Part shown: one piece after another, positions 37,439 through 47,042 of the stretch
Layout of the letters: each line of letters begins with the position of its first letter
Numbering within the stretch: position 1 is the stretch's first letter
Source: a virus
Lineage: Duplodnaviria; Caudoviricetes
Virus record (IMG/VR): IMGVR_UViG_3300027749_004991
Span: 1 to 58,685 of that record
Direction: 5' to 3' (one strand)
Length of the DNA stretch: 58,685 nt
Position numbers and translations under genes: made by a program
The notes under the pieces: generated by a model
Seen by the model: the letters and a program-made list of their open reading frames with translations, nothing else
Database searches by the model: none
Told to the model about the DNA's origin: nothing

Positions 37439-38050
37439 TTAGCCCCATGATGTTCCAGCAAACCAATTACCCTTACCAGTAGAAACGTTTGAACCTACTA
37501 GAGCACCTTGGCTTGCGGTTACTGTAGGCTGCGGTTGAGCTTGAACTGGTTGCTCAGGTAACGATTCGTTTGATACTTCGTTAGTATCCCCTTCTTCAGT
37601 ATTCTGATCATACATGCTATAAGTTGCAGAGTTATCTGCATGCTCAAAGACTTCAACTTTTTCAAGCCAGCAGCGACCAGCCGTGAGACTCTTAATATAC
37701 TCCTGAGTCAGTTTAAATACAACTTCTGAAGTTCTTTCAATACCAACACCATCTGGGAATACTCTCAGCTGAATAATACCCTTTCTATCTAGATCGCGAA
37801 ATGTTTCAAGATCAGGATCATCACCTGCTACACAAGTAGTATGATCAAATACTTCCTGAAGCTTTGCTTTCAGTCCTTTCAAGCCACCGAAGTCAACTAG
37901 CCAGTTCTTATCGTCGAGACTAGATCCACCAAACCAGAACTTAGCGATCAGCTGATATCCGTGAAGGAATCTACACATAGAATGGCTAGCTCTCCACTGT
38001 CTAAATGCACAAGAACCTAACTCAATTACCTTTGTTGATTGATATTTCAT
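37439..38050 (-). CDS. queD: 6-carboxy-tetrahydropterin synthase
   Basis: C.FLHGY, LVDFG.LK, FDH, VEVFE motifs; low-complexity C-terminal tail. Confidence 0.9.
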   Translation of the reverse strand: MKYQSTKVIELGSCAFRQWRASHSMCRFLHGYQLIAKFWFGGSSLDDKNWLVDFGGLKGLKAKLQEVFDHTTCVAGDDPDLETFRDLDRKGIIQLRVFPDGVGIERTSEVVFKLTQEYIKSLTAGRCWLEKVEVFEHADNSATYSMYDQNTEEGDTNEVSNESLPEQPVQAQPQPTVTASQGALVGSNVSTGKGNWFAGTSWG

Positions 38051-38852
38051 ATCTCATATTATATGAGTCTAATAGGAAGTTCAACTGACTTTTTTGTGTT
38101 TTAGTATTTTCTTTAATTAGTTGCTCTTGCTTTAATAATTTTCGTATTTTTAAAATATCATTAGCATCAATTTGGACATCTGGAGCTTTATTTAAGAAAT
38201 CCTTTAAAAAACTTGTAAAGGTAAGTGGTGATGGTGGTTTATTATTAGATAATTCATCAGCATATAACTCCTTTATACCTTCTTTTCCGTAGTTTTTAAT
38301 TGAAGATGAAATCCATCTTGCAATTTCCTTTACTGTAGGAGTAGATCCAAGGCCAGACTGTGAATACAACTGATTCCAGTCTTTTTTAGTGCTAACTTCT
38401 TTATCTTTTAGACCTTGAACAGTGTTGTTACTTTGATCTTTAATTTCCACATCATACGTACCTTCTGGAGTTCTAGTGAGAATTGCATTATATTGTTCAG
38501 GTAATTCTAACCCACCCTCAATACCACCGGGTGAACCAGGAGTTATTGCCTCTACTTTTTTAAATCTTTCAGCAGTAAACGGTATCGTTACTCGTACTAA
38601 GCCAGCTTTATCTTTAGGTAAAGTTTTAGGGGAGTCATACTTTATGCTTTTGAGATTGAATACTGCATAGTATCTTTCCTTCATTGCTTTCTTTAAAGCA
38701 GCTACTGGTTGCTTTTCACTAAAAGCTTTGAAGGGGGCCGCTACTGCGTTTAAGTTATTAACTAGCCCAGGAGCCACAACTTTTGCTGCTGCACCAATAC
38801 CTCTCATAACGTCGCTGAAAGTCTCTTGTAGTAATTCTTGTTGAGATAACAT
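38022..38852 (-). CDS. Hypothetical late protein, possible internal head protein
   Basis: 276 aa, AATAAATA-N6-ATG, begins MLSQQELLQE. Confidence 0.6.
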   Translation of the reverse strand: MLSQQELLQETFSDVMRGIGAAAKVVAPGLVNNLNAVAAPFKAFSEKQPVAALKKAMKERYYAVFNLKSIKYDSPKTLPKDKAGLVRVTIPFTAERFKKVEAITPGSPGGIEGGLELPEQYNAILTRTPEGTYDVEIKDQSNNTVQGLKDKEVSTKKDWNQLYSQSGLGSTPTVKEIARWISSSIKNYGKEGIKELYADELSNNKPPSPLTFTSFLKDFLNKAPDVQIDANDILKIRKLLKQEQLIKENTKTQKSQLNFLLDSYNMRYEISINKGN

Positions 38853-38861
38853 TACATATAT

Positions 38862-39644
38862 TTATTTAATAATCTCTAAATAATCAGATTTTAACCAATA
38901 TACTAAGACATTAGTTGCTATTTCTTTAGCTCTTTTTAATTTTAATTGATCTTTAATGTAACTTTGATACTTTGTAGTCTTTTCATTTTTATATGGAGTA
39001 CTCTTAGACCAAGGATCTGCTAATACTTCGTTTTTAGTGTAATGCCATGGACCATTAACCTCTAATATTAAATTTATTTTATTATAGTTATCAAATACTG
39101 TTAGATCGTAAAAATAATATTTACTATTTATAATAGTAAAATATTCTCTATTTTTAGGTCCACGTAGAAAATAACAGTTGTCAACTGCTATGTTATTTTT
39201 TTCTATAAACGTACATATATAATTGTATGCAGGTTTAGAAAAAGCAGATGTAAAATAACCGCAAGAAAACAATTCTTTCATAGCTAGCTTCCTTTTCAAT
39301 TTAACATCTGCTCTATTAGCTGCAGCTTTTATTCGCTTATTCCTCAATTGAGGGTTTTTATAATTACCACACTTTTTACGTCTAATTTGTATTTGTTTAA
39401 AGTCTGTCATTTGATGCGTAGCCTTTACTTTACGTATATCTCTCATTCTTTTGGCTGTATGTATGTCGTATATCTCTTCATATGTCTTACCTCTACTATT
39501 ATTAGCACGGCTTAAAGCAAGATCTGTATCAACAACTGACTGAATGTTAAATTTACTTTTATAGTCATTTACTGTCATGTTATGACGTTTAAGGTGAGTA
39601 TTTGTTATGTTACGGAATTTTTTATTGCATATTAAGCATATCAT
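38862..39644 (-). CDS. Zn-finger plus Vsr/DUF559-like endonuclease, homing-endonuclease-like
   Basis: CLIC...HLKRH..TV.DY MucR-like finger, RGKTYEEIY module, YFYD...ILEVNG.WH nuclease motif; very AT-rich. Confidence 0.7.
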   Translation of the reverse strand: MICLICNKKFRNITNTHLKRHNMTVNDYKSKFNIQSVVDTDLALSRANNSRGKTYEEIYDIHTAKRMRDIRKVKATHQMTDFKQIQIRRKKCGNYKNPQLRNKRIKAAANRADVKLKRKLAMKELFSCGYFTSAFSKPAYNYICTFIEKNNIAVDNCYFLRGPKNREYFTIINSKYYFYDLTVFDNYNKINLILEVNGPWHYTKNEVLADPWSKSTPYKNEKTTKYQSYIKDQLKLKRAKEIATNVLVYWLKSDYLEIIK

Positions 39645-39738
39645 GAAATTATTTATGCTTTCATCACCACCTATCTCAAAAAATTAAAAATAAAAAACAA
39701 CTTGATTTCTTCAGATTTTAGATAAATATATTCATAAG

Positions 39739-40374
39739 ATGAATGATATTCCATTTTCAAATAGTAACATTACCCTAACAGATACAGAAAAAGCAAAGCG
39801 AATTAATAAAGCAGCAGAACACTTCGGTAAGTTTATGAATGTTTTAGGGTTTGATTTCAAGAACGACCCTAACTCAATTGAGACTCCAAAGAGAGTAGCA
39901 AAAGCTATAATGCATGATTTATGCTCTGGATGTTTTACTTCACCGCCTAATATTACAGCTTTTGATAACGTCGATCAGTATGATGGCATTGTATGTCAAA
40001 ATAACATTAAATTAGCATCAATCTGCGCTCATCACTGGCTTCCGTTTACAGGTACTGCACATGTTGCTTATATTCCCTCAAAAGACGGTAAGGTAATAGG
40101 TCTTAGCAAATTAAATAGAATTGTTGATTGGTTCGCTCGTAGACCTCAAGTGCAAGAAAATTTAACGATGCAAATTCATAACTTTATCGATGGAGTTTGT
40201 GAAAATAATAATGGAGTAGCTGTAATGATAGAAGCAAACCATACCTGTTGCTCTTTAAGAGGTATTAAGCATGATAGCTCTATGCGTACTGCAAGAATGT
40301 CAGGTGCATTTTTAGATAATAACGATAATAGTAGAGCGGAATTCTATAAGTTTATAGAATTTGCTAATAAATAA
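39739..40374 (+). CDS. folE: GTP cyclohydrolase I
   Basis: [43 protein letters not shown]. Confidence 0.96.
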   Translation: MNDIPFSNSNITLTDTEKAKRINKAAEHFGKFMNVLGFDFKNDPNSIETPKRVAKAIMHDLCSGCFTSPPNITAFDNVDQYDGIVCQNNIKLASICAHHWLPFTGTAHVAYIPSKDGKVIGLSKLNRIVDWFARRPQVQENLTMQIHNFIDGVCENNNGVAVMIEANHTCCSLRGIKHDSSMRTARMSGAFLDNNDNSRAEFYKFIEFANK

Positions 40375-40403
40375 AGCACTAAGGAACTATCATACCATTT
40401 GGT

Positions 40404-41003
40404 ATGAATATTTTTATTACTAATGAAGATCCCGTGTTAGCAGCACGGGATCTTTGTGATCAACACTGTCGGAGTAAAATGCAGATCGAGAGTGCAATTA
40501 TGCTAGCTCATGCATTCGACCAAGAAGTGCTAAATCATAAAGATACACCTCGTACAAAAACAGGTAAGCCACGAAAAAGTGGTCGTGGCTATTACAATCA
40601 TCAATGCTCAGTGTGGGTTAGAGAATCTCTAAGCAATTTTAACTGGCTAGTTGATCACGCTCTTGAAATGTTTGATGAGCGTATGTATAGATGGCCAGGC
40701 TCTCAAGAGCATTTTACAAAAGAGTTTATTATCTGGTGCAAAAATAACGCGCATAATAGCACACTCACAGAAAAAGGTCTAACTGAGTTTGCTATTGCTA
40801 TTAATGTTAATAGTGAATGCTACCAAATACCTCAGTTCAAAAACTTTTCAACAGTTGAGAAGTATAGAGCTTATATTGCAGTAGATAAAAAGTTTGCTAC
40901 TTGGACTAAACGAGGTAAGCCAGAATGGTTTAATATGATACTTCAATCTGATCCCCAGCAATATGCTTCGAATCAATATCAATTAGAGCATCAAGCTGCT
41001 TAA
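40404..41003 (+). CDS. Pyrimidine dimer DNA glycosylase (DenV-like family)
   Basis: MNIF...DP..AA..LCDQH..KM.IESA.ML, NH.CS.WVRES..NF.WL, EY..R-like and YR.Y motifs. Confidence 0.8.
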   Translation: MNIFITNEDPVLAARDLCDQHCRSKMQIESAIMLAHAFDQEVLNHKDTPRTKTGKPRKSGRGYYNHQCSVWVRESLSNFNWLVDHALEMFDERMYRWPGSQEHFTKEFIIWCKNNAHNSTLTEKGLTEFAIAINVNSECYQIPQFKNFSTVEKYRAYIAVDKKFATWTKRGKPEWFNMILQSDPQQYASNQYQLEHQAA

Positions 41004-41364
41004 TAAAGTCCTTACCAACAAGGATTTTGTATTCGTTTGTTGATCTGTTGCCTATGCTAAAAGGAACATTTTCGAATTCCTGACCACCAAACTTCATTCG
41101 AAAAGTAACAACTGGTCGCTCTTCGACGTTACCAGCGCCAATGTTTATAGAGACTGTATCTTTTATCTCCTTCATTAGGCGCTTACCATTTACTGTAGTA
41201 AAAGTTACTTTATTACCTTGTTTAGTAATATCTTCACCGTGTAGTACATTAAACGCGCCGTTACCGGAGTCTATCTTTGCATCGATATCTCCTATACCCT
41301 CAAGGCTAATACGTTCTATTAGTCCTATAACGGTCTTTTCATAAAATGTCTTAAAGTTTATCAT
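40930..41364 (-). CDS. Retropepsin-like aspartic protease (RimK-associated type)
   Basis: AKIDSGN catalytic DSG, ERPVV, NRS, ILVGKDF; start moved to ATG 41364 (MINFKTFYE). Confidence 0.8.
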   Translation of the reverse strand: MINFKTFYEKTVIGLIERISLEGIGDIDAKIDSGNGAFNVLHGEDITKQGNKVTFTTVNGKRLMKEIKDTVSINIGAGNVEERPVVTFRMKFGGQEFENVPFSIGNRSTNEYKILVGKDFIKQLDALIDIDSKHIAGDQIEVSY

Positions 41365-41365
41365 A

Positions 41366-41845
41366 TTAATGGCAAGCAGAGCAACCCCCACACTTGCATC
41401 CCATCGCTGCATGTACACAGAAATCATCCGTATCTTCATAACCAGTATCAAACATGTCTACTTCTGGCTCGTGATCTTCACATCCACACTCATGTTCTGA
41501 TTCTGAACTAAGATAGTCGTATACTGATGAAATATAATCAGCAGCTTTAGTAATCTTTGCTGCTACCCAACCTTCAAGGGAAGGCATCTGCTCAATAATT
41601 TCCTCTAACTTGGCGGCATATTTAGCAAGTTTAAGTAGGTCGGTATGAGCCATGCTCACTTCACCTTCGTCGTGTTGTTCTATGTGATCCTCATCAGGTA
41701 TTTTGCTTGTAGTAGCACCTGGCATGTCCATTGTTACAATAACAGGAACACCTGACATACCACCAGATAAAAGATTTTCTTTTAATTTCTGTCGAGTATT
41801 ACTATATGCCTTTTCAAGCATCATTCTATCTTTTGAAGTATACAT
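41366..41845 (-). CDS. Hypothetical late protein, possible internal head protein
   Basis: TATAAATA-N5-ATG; EVSMA...L...LEGWV.AKITKAADYI motif; acidic Cys/His-rich tail. Confidence 0.6.
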   Translation of the reverse strand: MYTSKDRMMLEKAYSNTRQKLKENLLSGGMSGVPVIVTMDMPGATTSKIPDEDHIEQHDEGEVSMAHTDLLKLAKYAAKLEEIIEQMPSLEGWVAAKITKAADYISSVYDYLSSESEHECGCEDHEPEVDMFDTGYEDTDDFCVHAAMGCKCGGCSACH

Positions 41846-41853
41846 GTTATTAT

Positions 41854-42396
41854 TTATACTATACCTAAAATTTGCTTAATAGTATTTTTATCAGGTTGTG
41901 ATAAAACTGGAGGTGTAAAATAGTCTATTGCGTTAGGATCTTTACTAGTTATCATCTCACGTGATTTAGTACCACTGATATTGTTACCCTTTATACCTAT
42001 ATTAACAATATTTACATTAGGGTATTTGTCTGGATTCTTAATAAATGAATTAAATCGTGTAATATCTTCATCTTTATCACCAGCACCTACTAAGACCTTA
42101 TCACTAGGATTCGCTTCAACAAAATCATATGTTGATTTAACTGGTGTGATTGGTGCTTTAACAATATCAATAGGTTTAGGTAGATACTTTTTATAGATAG
42201 ACCATATTTGATACGATTGATCCTGAGTAATACCATCACGTGGCGATTTACCTATAAACACAACCCCGCTATCAGCTGTAAGTAGTAAGTCTTTTAACGC
42301 TTCAAAATGTCCATTAGTAGGTGGCTTATATCCGCCTGGAAAAACAGCGATAGTCTTACTTGTTAGTTGTTCGAAAAATAATCTAAAATTAATCAT
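41854..42396 (-). CDS. HxGH-family nucleotidyltransferase (cytidylyltransferase-like)
   Basis: FPGGYKPPTNGH and ISGTKSR signature motifs. Confidence 0.85.
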   Translation of the reverse strand: MINFRLFFEQLTSKTIAVFPGGYKPPTNGHFEALKDLLLTADSGVVFIGKSPRDGITQDQSYQIWSIYKKYLPKPIDIVKAPITPVKSTYDFVEANPSDKVLVGAGDKDEDITRFNSFIKNPDKYPNVNIVNIGIKGNNISGTKSREMITSKDPNAIDYFTPPVLSQPDKNTIKQILGIV

Positions 42397-44090
42397 ATAC
42401 GTCCTTTGTTTTTATGGAAAGAAGGTGATATTACTTTAAAGACAAGATCACTTTTTGGACCTTTAAGCTTAATAACTATACCTTCAAACTCACCTAACTT
42501 TCCTGCTAACGCTCTTAACTGTCTGAGTATTGTGTTATGCATGTGCTTTTGATATGGCAGTAGAATGCGATTGAGATGAGCTCTCATTTCACGCTTAGCA
42601 GTTACATCTTCTCTTTTTCTTGAATCACTATAAAGTACTGCTTCATAGTTAGGGTATTGAGATGTGAATGTGTTAATTTCCTGTGTAGCAGCATTTACCA
42701 CATCGCCTAAGTAGATAGGATCAAAGACATTAATATCTAACGGTAAGAACTTAACAGTCTCGTTAGATAAGTCTGTCAGGCTTTTAATTATATCATACTT
42801 AATACTCTCTGTTAACTCAACTCCATTAAAGTCTGTAACATTAATAATTGGGAAAGTTGACCATGTACCTAATTTATCTTTTTCATAATTTGTTGCAACG
42901 AAATAAACAAGATTTGAATTATCTTCACGAGTCAAAGCGAAAGGTGAATACAACCATTCAGCTTGCACTCTAATACCGTCTATATCAAGATCTTTTTTAT
43001 ATCTTAACAGTGTCTTGTATATAAGATTCTTAATTTTTAGAAAGCTATCTTCGAAAGCTTTTTTAGTTGGCTCATGTTTAATTTTACCTGTAAAGTCACC
43101 ATCTGATACAACACCTGAATAGCTTCCTTGGAGGAAGTATTTATTTTTAGGAGTTATACCAAATCTAACAGCCATACCGTCTGCTTTTTCAGATACGGTT
43201 GAATTACCAGGCTGTATAGTATCGTCAGTAGTACCTAAGATTTCTAAAAACTCTTTAAACTGCTCGAATGGCATTGAGTATTGATCCGGCTTGTACTCAG
43301 AATATAAATGTTGTACACCCACTCTTTGACCAGAAGTAGTTGTGCTTTCAGTTACAGTCTTATATATGTAAGCATTTAGATCAACACCATCCTTAGCACA
43401 TGTTTGTATAGCATCAGATAACATACCTGATACAATTTGAGGATCTTTATACTTCTTAAGTAAAAAATCTATAATTGCAGGTATAGATGAGACGTTACGC
43501 TCTTTAGCAGATTCACTACCAAGGAGGATTTGAGCAACTCTTGTTGGATTTTTATCTTTAATTACGGCTTGAGTTTCACGATCAGTTAAGCCCTTATAAC
43601 CACTCCATCTAAGGTTAATATTCTTAGCTAGATTTGAAAGTACAACCTTGTGATGCATTCCCTTTAAAGGAGCTACTTCATTATTACACAATGCAAATTG
43701 AGCAAACTTTATATCATCAACAAACATAAAGTCTGTTTGTACGAACTCAGAATCTTTATTAACGATAGGTGTTCTAAAATGAACACTTATACCTGTCTTC
43801 TTAATATAGTCAGCTGGCTTAAAATTACGCTCTTCACACCAGGCAGTTAACTTTTGAGCTAACTGCTCTTTACTCATTTTTAACTGATTGATAGCAATAT
43901 CAAGGTCACCAGAAGATTCTTTTTTACCAGTACTACCTAGCAAATTTTTCATCAAGTTTATACCAACTATACCTGATAAAAAGTTTACCGTTGGTTCAAT
44001 ATCTTGTAGAAAAATGCGTTGTGTTGGTGCATTTTTAAATACATTACCGCCCTCAGTAAGGAGTTCGAAGAATCGTTTAAAATTAATCAT
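42393..44090 (-). CDS. Fusion of pol-beta-like nucleotidyltransferase and RNA-ligase-like domain
   Basis: N-domain LGSTGKKESSGDLDIA and QTDFM; C-domain SEKADG, QAE, EGIVIK, FKVIS. Confidence 0.65.
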   Translation of the reverse strand: MINFKRFFELLTEGGNVFKNAPTQRIFLQDIEPTVNFLSGIVGINLMKNLLGSTGKKESSGDLDIAINQLKMSKEQLAQKLTAWCEERNFKPADYIKKTGISVHFRTPIVNKDSEFVQTDFMFVDDIKFAQFALCNNEVAPLKGMHHKVVLSNLAKNINLRWSGYKGLTDRETQAVIKDKNPTRVAQILLGSESAKERNVSSIPAIIDFLLKKYKDPQIVSGMLSDAIQTCAKDGVDLNAYIYKTVTESTTTSGQRVGVQHLYSEYKPDQYSMPFEQFKEFLEILGTTDDTIQPGNSTVSEKADGMAVRFGITPKNKYFLQGSYSGVVSDGDFTGKIKHEPTKKAFEDSFLKIKNLIYKTLLRYKKDLDIDGIRVQAEWLYSPFALTREDNSNLVYFVATNYEKDKLGTWSTFPIINVTDFNGVELTESIKYDIIKSLTDLSNETVKFLPLDINVFDPIYLGDVVNAATQEINTFTSQYPNYEAVLYSDSRKREDVTAKREMRAHLNRILLPYQKHMHNTILRQLRALAGKLGEFEGIVIKLKGPKSDLVFKVISPSFHKNKGRI

Positions 44091-45339
44091 TTTGTGATAA
44101 TAGATCTGTGAGTTCGTTTTCTGTTCTAGCTAATTTAGATACACTTGCTTTCGCTGCTTTCTCTTCAGAAGCAGAAGAACCTCTCACAAGGTTAATTTGG
44201 TTAGGTGTTAAACCACCGCTAGCGTTTCTAATATCAAAACTGTAATTACCTTTATCAGTTTTGATCATAATAGATATGTGCTTACGAGACATTCTCTCGT
44301 TATTATAATATGGATACTTAACAGCTACACTCTCTATGTCACCAATGAAGTCGTATAACTTATCTTTGTCTGATAAGTCGGCAACTTCTAGATCGTTTTT
44401 CGTATTCTTACGCTTTACGTAGATGTAACCGTAATCGAATGCTGATCCTATAAAATCTAACAGCTCGTCAAAATCTGCTTCATTAGTAGTGTTATAAACT
44501 TCAGCTTGCTCATCGGAAGATGGTTGTTTGTTAATATAATCTACAAGACCGTCTATCACAAGATCAATGTTTACACCTGCAGCGTCAAATAGTTTCTTAC
44601 CGATTTTATCACGTTCTTTATTAACAAAATCAATATTTTTACCATCAACATCGAACATACCTGCAGCACCTGAATTACCTACAGTCTTACCACCAATATC
44701 TTTTAGAGAGATATAAAACTTTTTACCATCTTCATCGATTAGAGTTATATCTGCAATATCTGATCCTTTATCTTTTGGACCCTTATCAGAAAGAGGTCGT
44801 TTAACACGGCGATTAAAAGATGTCTCTTTATTTATTTTTACAAATGTAGTATCAAGTGCATCTTCGATACTTCTTAGAAAATTAGGTTTGTCATTCTCTT
44901 CCGGATTTTCAAAATATTTATCTAGCATTTTAAGTATATCTCTTTCATAAGACATACCTTTATTACTAAATGAGCCTCCTGCTAGGGTAATAATAAATTC
45001 ATTACCCGTATTGTCATTCACTCTGTAAGAAGTAAATTTTGAAGAAGGTGAATCTGGATCACCTTTATTAATCTCACCTACAACAACTAAGTCAATATCT
45101 TTTAGTGTGTCTAAAAATTCTTGTTTAAATGCTACTTTATCTTCTACCTTTATAGCTGGAGCAACACGAATAGCGCCTCTCTTGTCTGAACCTAGTTTAA
45201 TATTCGGATTTGCATCTACGATTGCCTGTTTGACTGCTGCTTTGTTTTTATATTCACGTACAAGTAGACGCTGCATAGGAACATGTCCTATGTTTTGTAC
45301 ATTGCTTTCGTATATTTTGCTGAGAGTTTGATTAAGCAT
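44083..45339 (-). CDS. Putative PD-(D/E)XK (restriction-like) endonuclease
   Basis: G.SYE...IADITL......YISLK motif. Confidence 0.55.
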   Translation of the reverse strand: MLNQTLSKIYESNVQNIGHVPMQRLLVREYKNKAAVKQAIVDANPNIKLGSDKRGAIRVAPAIKVEDKVAFKQEFLDTLKDIDLVVVGEINKGDPDSPSSKFTSYRVNDNTGNEFIITLAGGSFSNKGMSYERDILKMLDKYFENPEENDKPNFLRSIEDALDTTFVKINKETSFNRRVKRPLSDKGPKDKGSDIADITLIDEDGKKFYISLKDIGGKTVGNSGAAGMFDVDGKNIDFVNKERDKIGKKLFDAAGVNIDLVIDGLVDYINKQPSSDEQAEVYNTTNEADFDELLDFIGSAFDYGYIYVKRKNTKNDLEVADLSDKDKLYDFIGDIESVAVKYPYYNNERMSRKHISIMIKTDKGNYSFDIRNASGGLTPNQINLVRGSSASEEKAAKASVSKLARTENELTDLLSQND

Positions 45340-46039
45340 TACTTAGAGTATCTCGGACTTCTTGATCTTCGAGGGATTGGGAAAGAATGCTCTGAATTGC
45401 ATCGACAATCTTTTCAGGGTCAGACTCACCAAATTCTCTTACTACAGGTTTAATAATCATAAGTTCTTCTTCTGAAGGAGTGTGCCTAAGTGATTTTAGT
45501 ATAAGTTCCTTATACAGAGGGAAAATTTCTGCTAGACTTAGATTATCAGTACCGCTTTTTTGAGGCTGAGTAGCTTTAGGATCAGTATCAGTTGAAGCTG
45601 CTGGTTCATTGGCTTGAGGTTCTGTTGCATCAGCAGGTTGCTCTAAAAACATATAACAACGACGAATAGTTTCTACAGTTTTTGACTCAACCTTCAAACT
45701 ATTATCGAGACTTATTATTTTTTTTACTTGATCTACAATCTTAGCAACCGGTACATTGACCATCTTTCTAATATTCTCAATGGAATTAAAAATATATTGT
45801 TGCTTATTACGATCGAATAACTTTGGATTGAAAATGAAAGCATTAGTTAAGATCTTAATAACGTATTTTTCATTTTCATCTAGATCTGAGCTAGGTTCAG
45901 GTGTTGGTCCTAAAGCGGGTGTAGCAGGCTCTATAGGAGCCTCGTTACTCTGAGGAGCTTGATCTTCTTGCTGCGCAGGGGGTGTTTGCTCATTAAACAA
46001 ACTTAAATATTTGTTGAATAAATTTGTTGTCTTGTTCAT
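45332..46039 (-). CDS. Hypothetical protein with internal duplication
   Basis: Two units each starting E-Q followed by a P/A/E/Q-rich linker and a helical segment. Confidence 0.6.
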   Translation of the reverse strand: MNKTTNLFNKYLSLFNEQTPPAQQEDQAPQSNEAPIEPATPALGPTPEPSSDLDENEKYVIKILTNAFIFNPKLFDRNKQQYIFNSIENIRKMVNVPVAKIVDQVKKIISLDNSLKVESKTVETIRRCYMFLEQPADATEPQANEPAASTDTDPKATQPQKSGTDNLSLAEIFPLYKELILKSLRHTPSEEELMIIKPVVREFGESDPEKIVDAIQSILSQSLEDQEVRDTLSNA

Positions 46040-46491
46040 TGTATGTTAGGCGTTATTGTTGCAGTATTTTGAGAGGCTTCAATAGCATCACTAAGTGCGT
46101 CAGTAATTTTTTGGTATACTGGTATTGCTTTCTTTACTACTGCCTCTCTTTTTTTAACTGCTTGATTTGCTTTTTGAGCTGATGTAGCACCTAATATACC
46201 AGAGAATGGGCCTTTATATAAAGCTTTTGCAGCCATTGCCTCCACACCTTTATCTAAATTATATGTAGGGTTAAATGATGGACCTTGTTCATTTAAAGTA
46301 TCGATGTCTCTAACATCTAGAGTAATGTCATTACCATCAACACTAACTGTAAAGGTATTATGATCGATGATTTTAACATCAATACCGGGTAGCTTATCTA
46401 GTAGTTCAACAAGCTTTGATACCATCATACGCTTACTCTCATTATGAGGTGATGGATTATTTTGCTCTATAATTTTGAGAAATTTACTCAT
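46036..46491 (-). CDS. Hypothetical late protein
   Basis: GATAAATA-N5-ATG; begins MSKFLKIIE; internal LNE site. Confidence 0.6.
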   Translation of the reverse strand: MSKFLKIIEQNNPSPHNESKRMMVSKLVELLDKLPGIDVKIIDHNTFTVSVDGNDITLDVRDIDTLNEQGPSFNPTYNLDKGVEAMAAKALYKGPFSGILGATSAQKANQAVKKREAVVKKAIPVYQKITDALSDAIEASQNTATITPNIQ

Positions 46492-46499
46492 ACGTATAT

Positions 46500-47042
46500 T
46501 TATCTTGATACAATCATTTTGTTGTAAGTATCCTGAAAATACGTATTCATCAAGAACGACAAACCATTTGTCTTTAAGAAGTTTAACAGCTTATTGTATT
46601 TTGACTTTGATATAGTTTTAGTAAACGAAATTTTACTATATGTTTTAGTAAAAAGATAAATACAATCACCATCTCTGTTAATAAGCTTATCAGCATACAT
46701 ATCAAACGACATATCATTAATAATGTATTTAACTGATAGTATATCAATAACCTGCACAAACAATTGAATATAATCTTGTTTTGTGTTGTTTGATAATAAC
46801 CAAGTATTTTGATTAATATACAGTAGTACTTTTTCAGATGTACCTAGTGACTTAATGCGATTACATACCTCAAGTACCAAATAATTTATAAAAATTCGAC
46901 GGCAATTGACGTTAGTAATTGGATCAAAATCTAAACTATATTCTATACACTTTAACTGAGAGGTTTTAACTACATCTCTTATTATAACATCGAAATTTAA
47001 AAGACGTACATCATGTGTCGGTATTTTTAGATCGATTTGCAT
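46500..47042 (-). CDS. Hypothetical protein
   Basis: 180 aa ORF overlapping upstream gene. Confidence 0.55.
   Translation of the reverse strand: MQIDLKIPTHDVRLLNFDVIIRDVVKTSQLKCIEYSLDFDPITNVNCRRIFINYLVLEVCNRIKSLGTSEKVLLYINQNTWLLSNNTKQDYIQLFVQVIDILSVKYIINDMSFDMYADKLINRDGDCIYLFTKTYSKISFTKTISKSKYNKLLNFLKTNGLSFLMNTYFQDTYNKMIVSR

Noticed and set aside
35694-40374. folE/queD/queE as folate or tRNA-queuosine auxiliary genes
   Set aside because: No queA, queG/H, canonical zinc-binding tgt or downstream folate genes seen; the DpdA-like operon points to DNA modification
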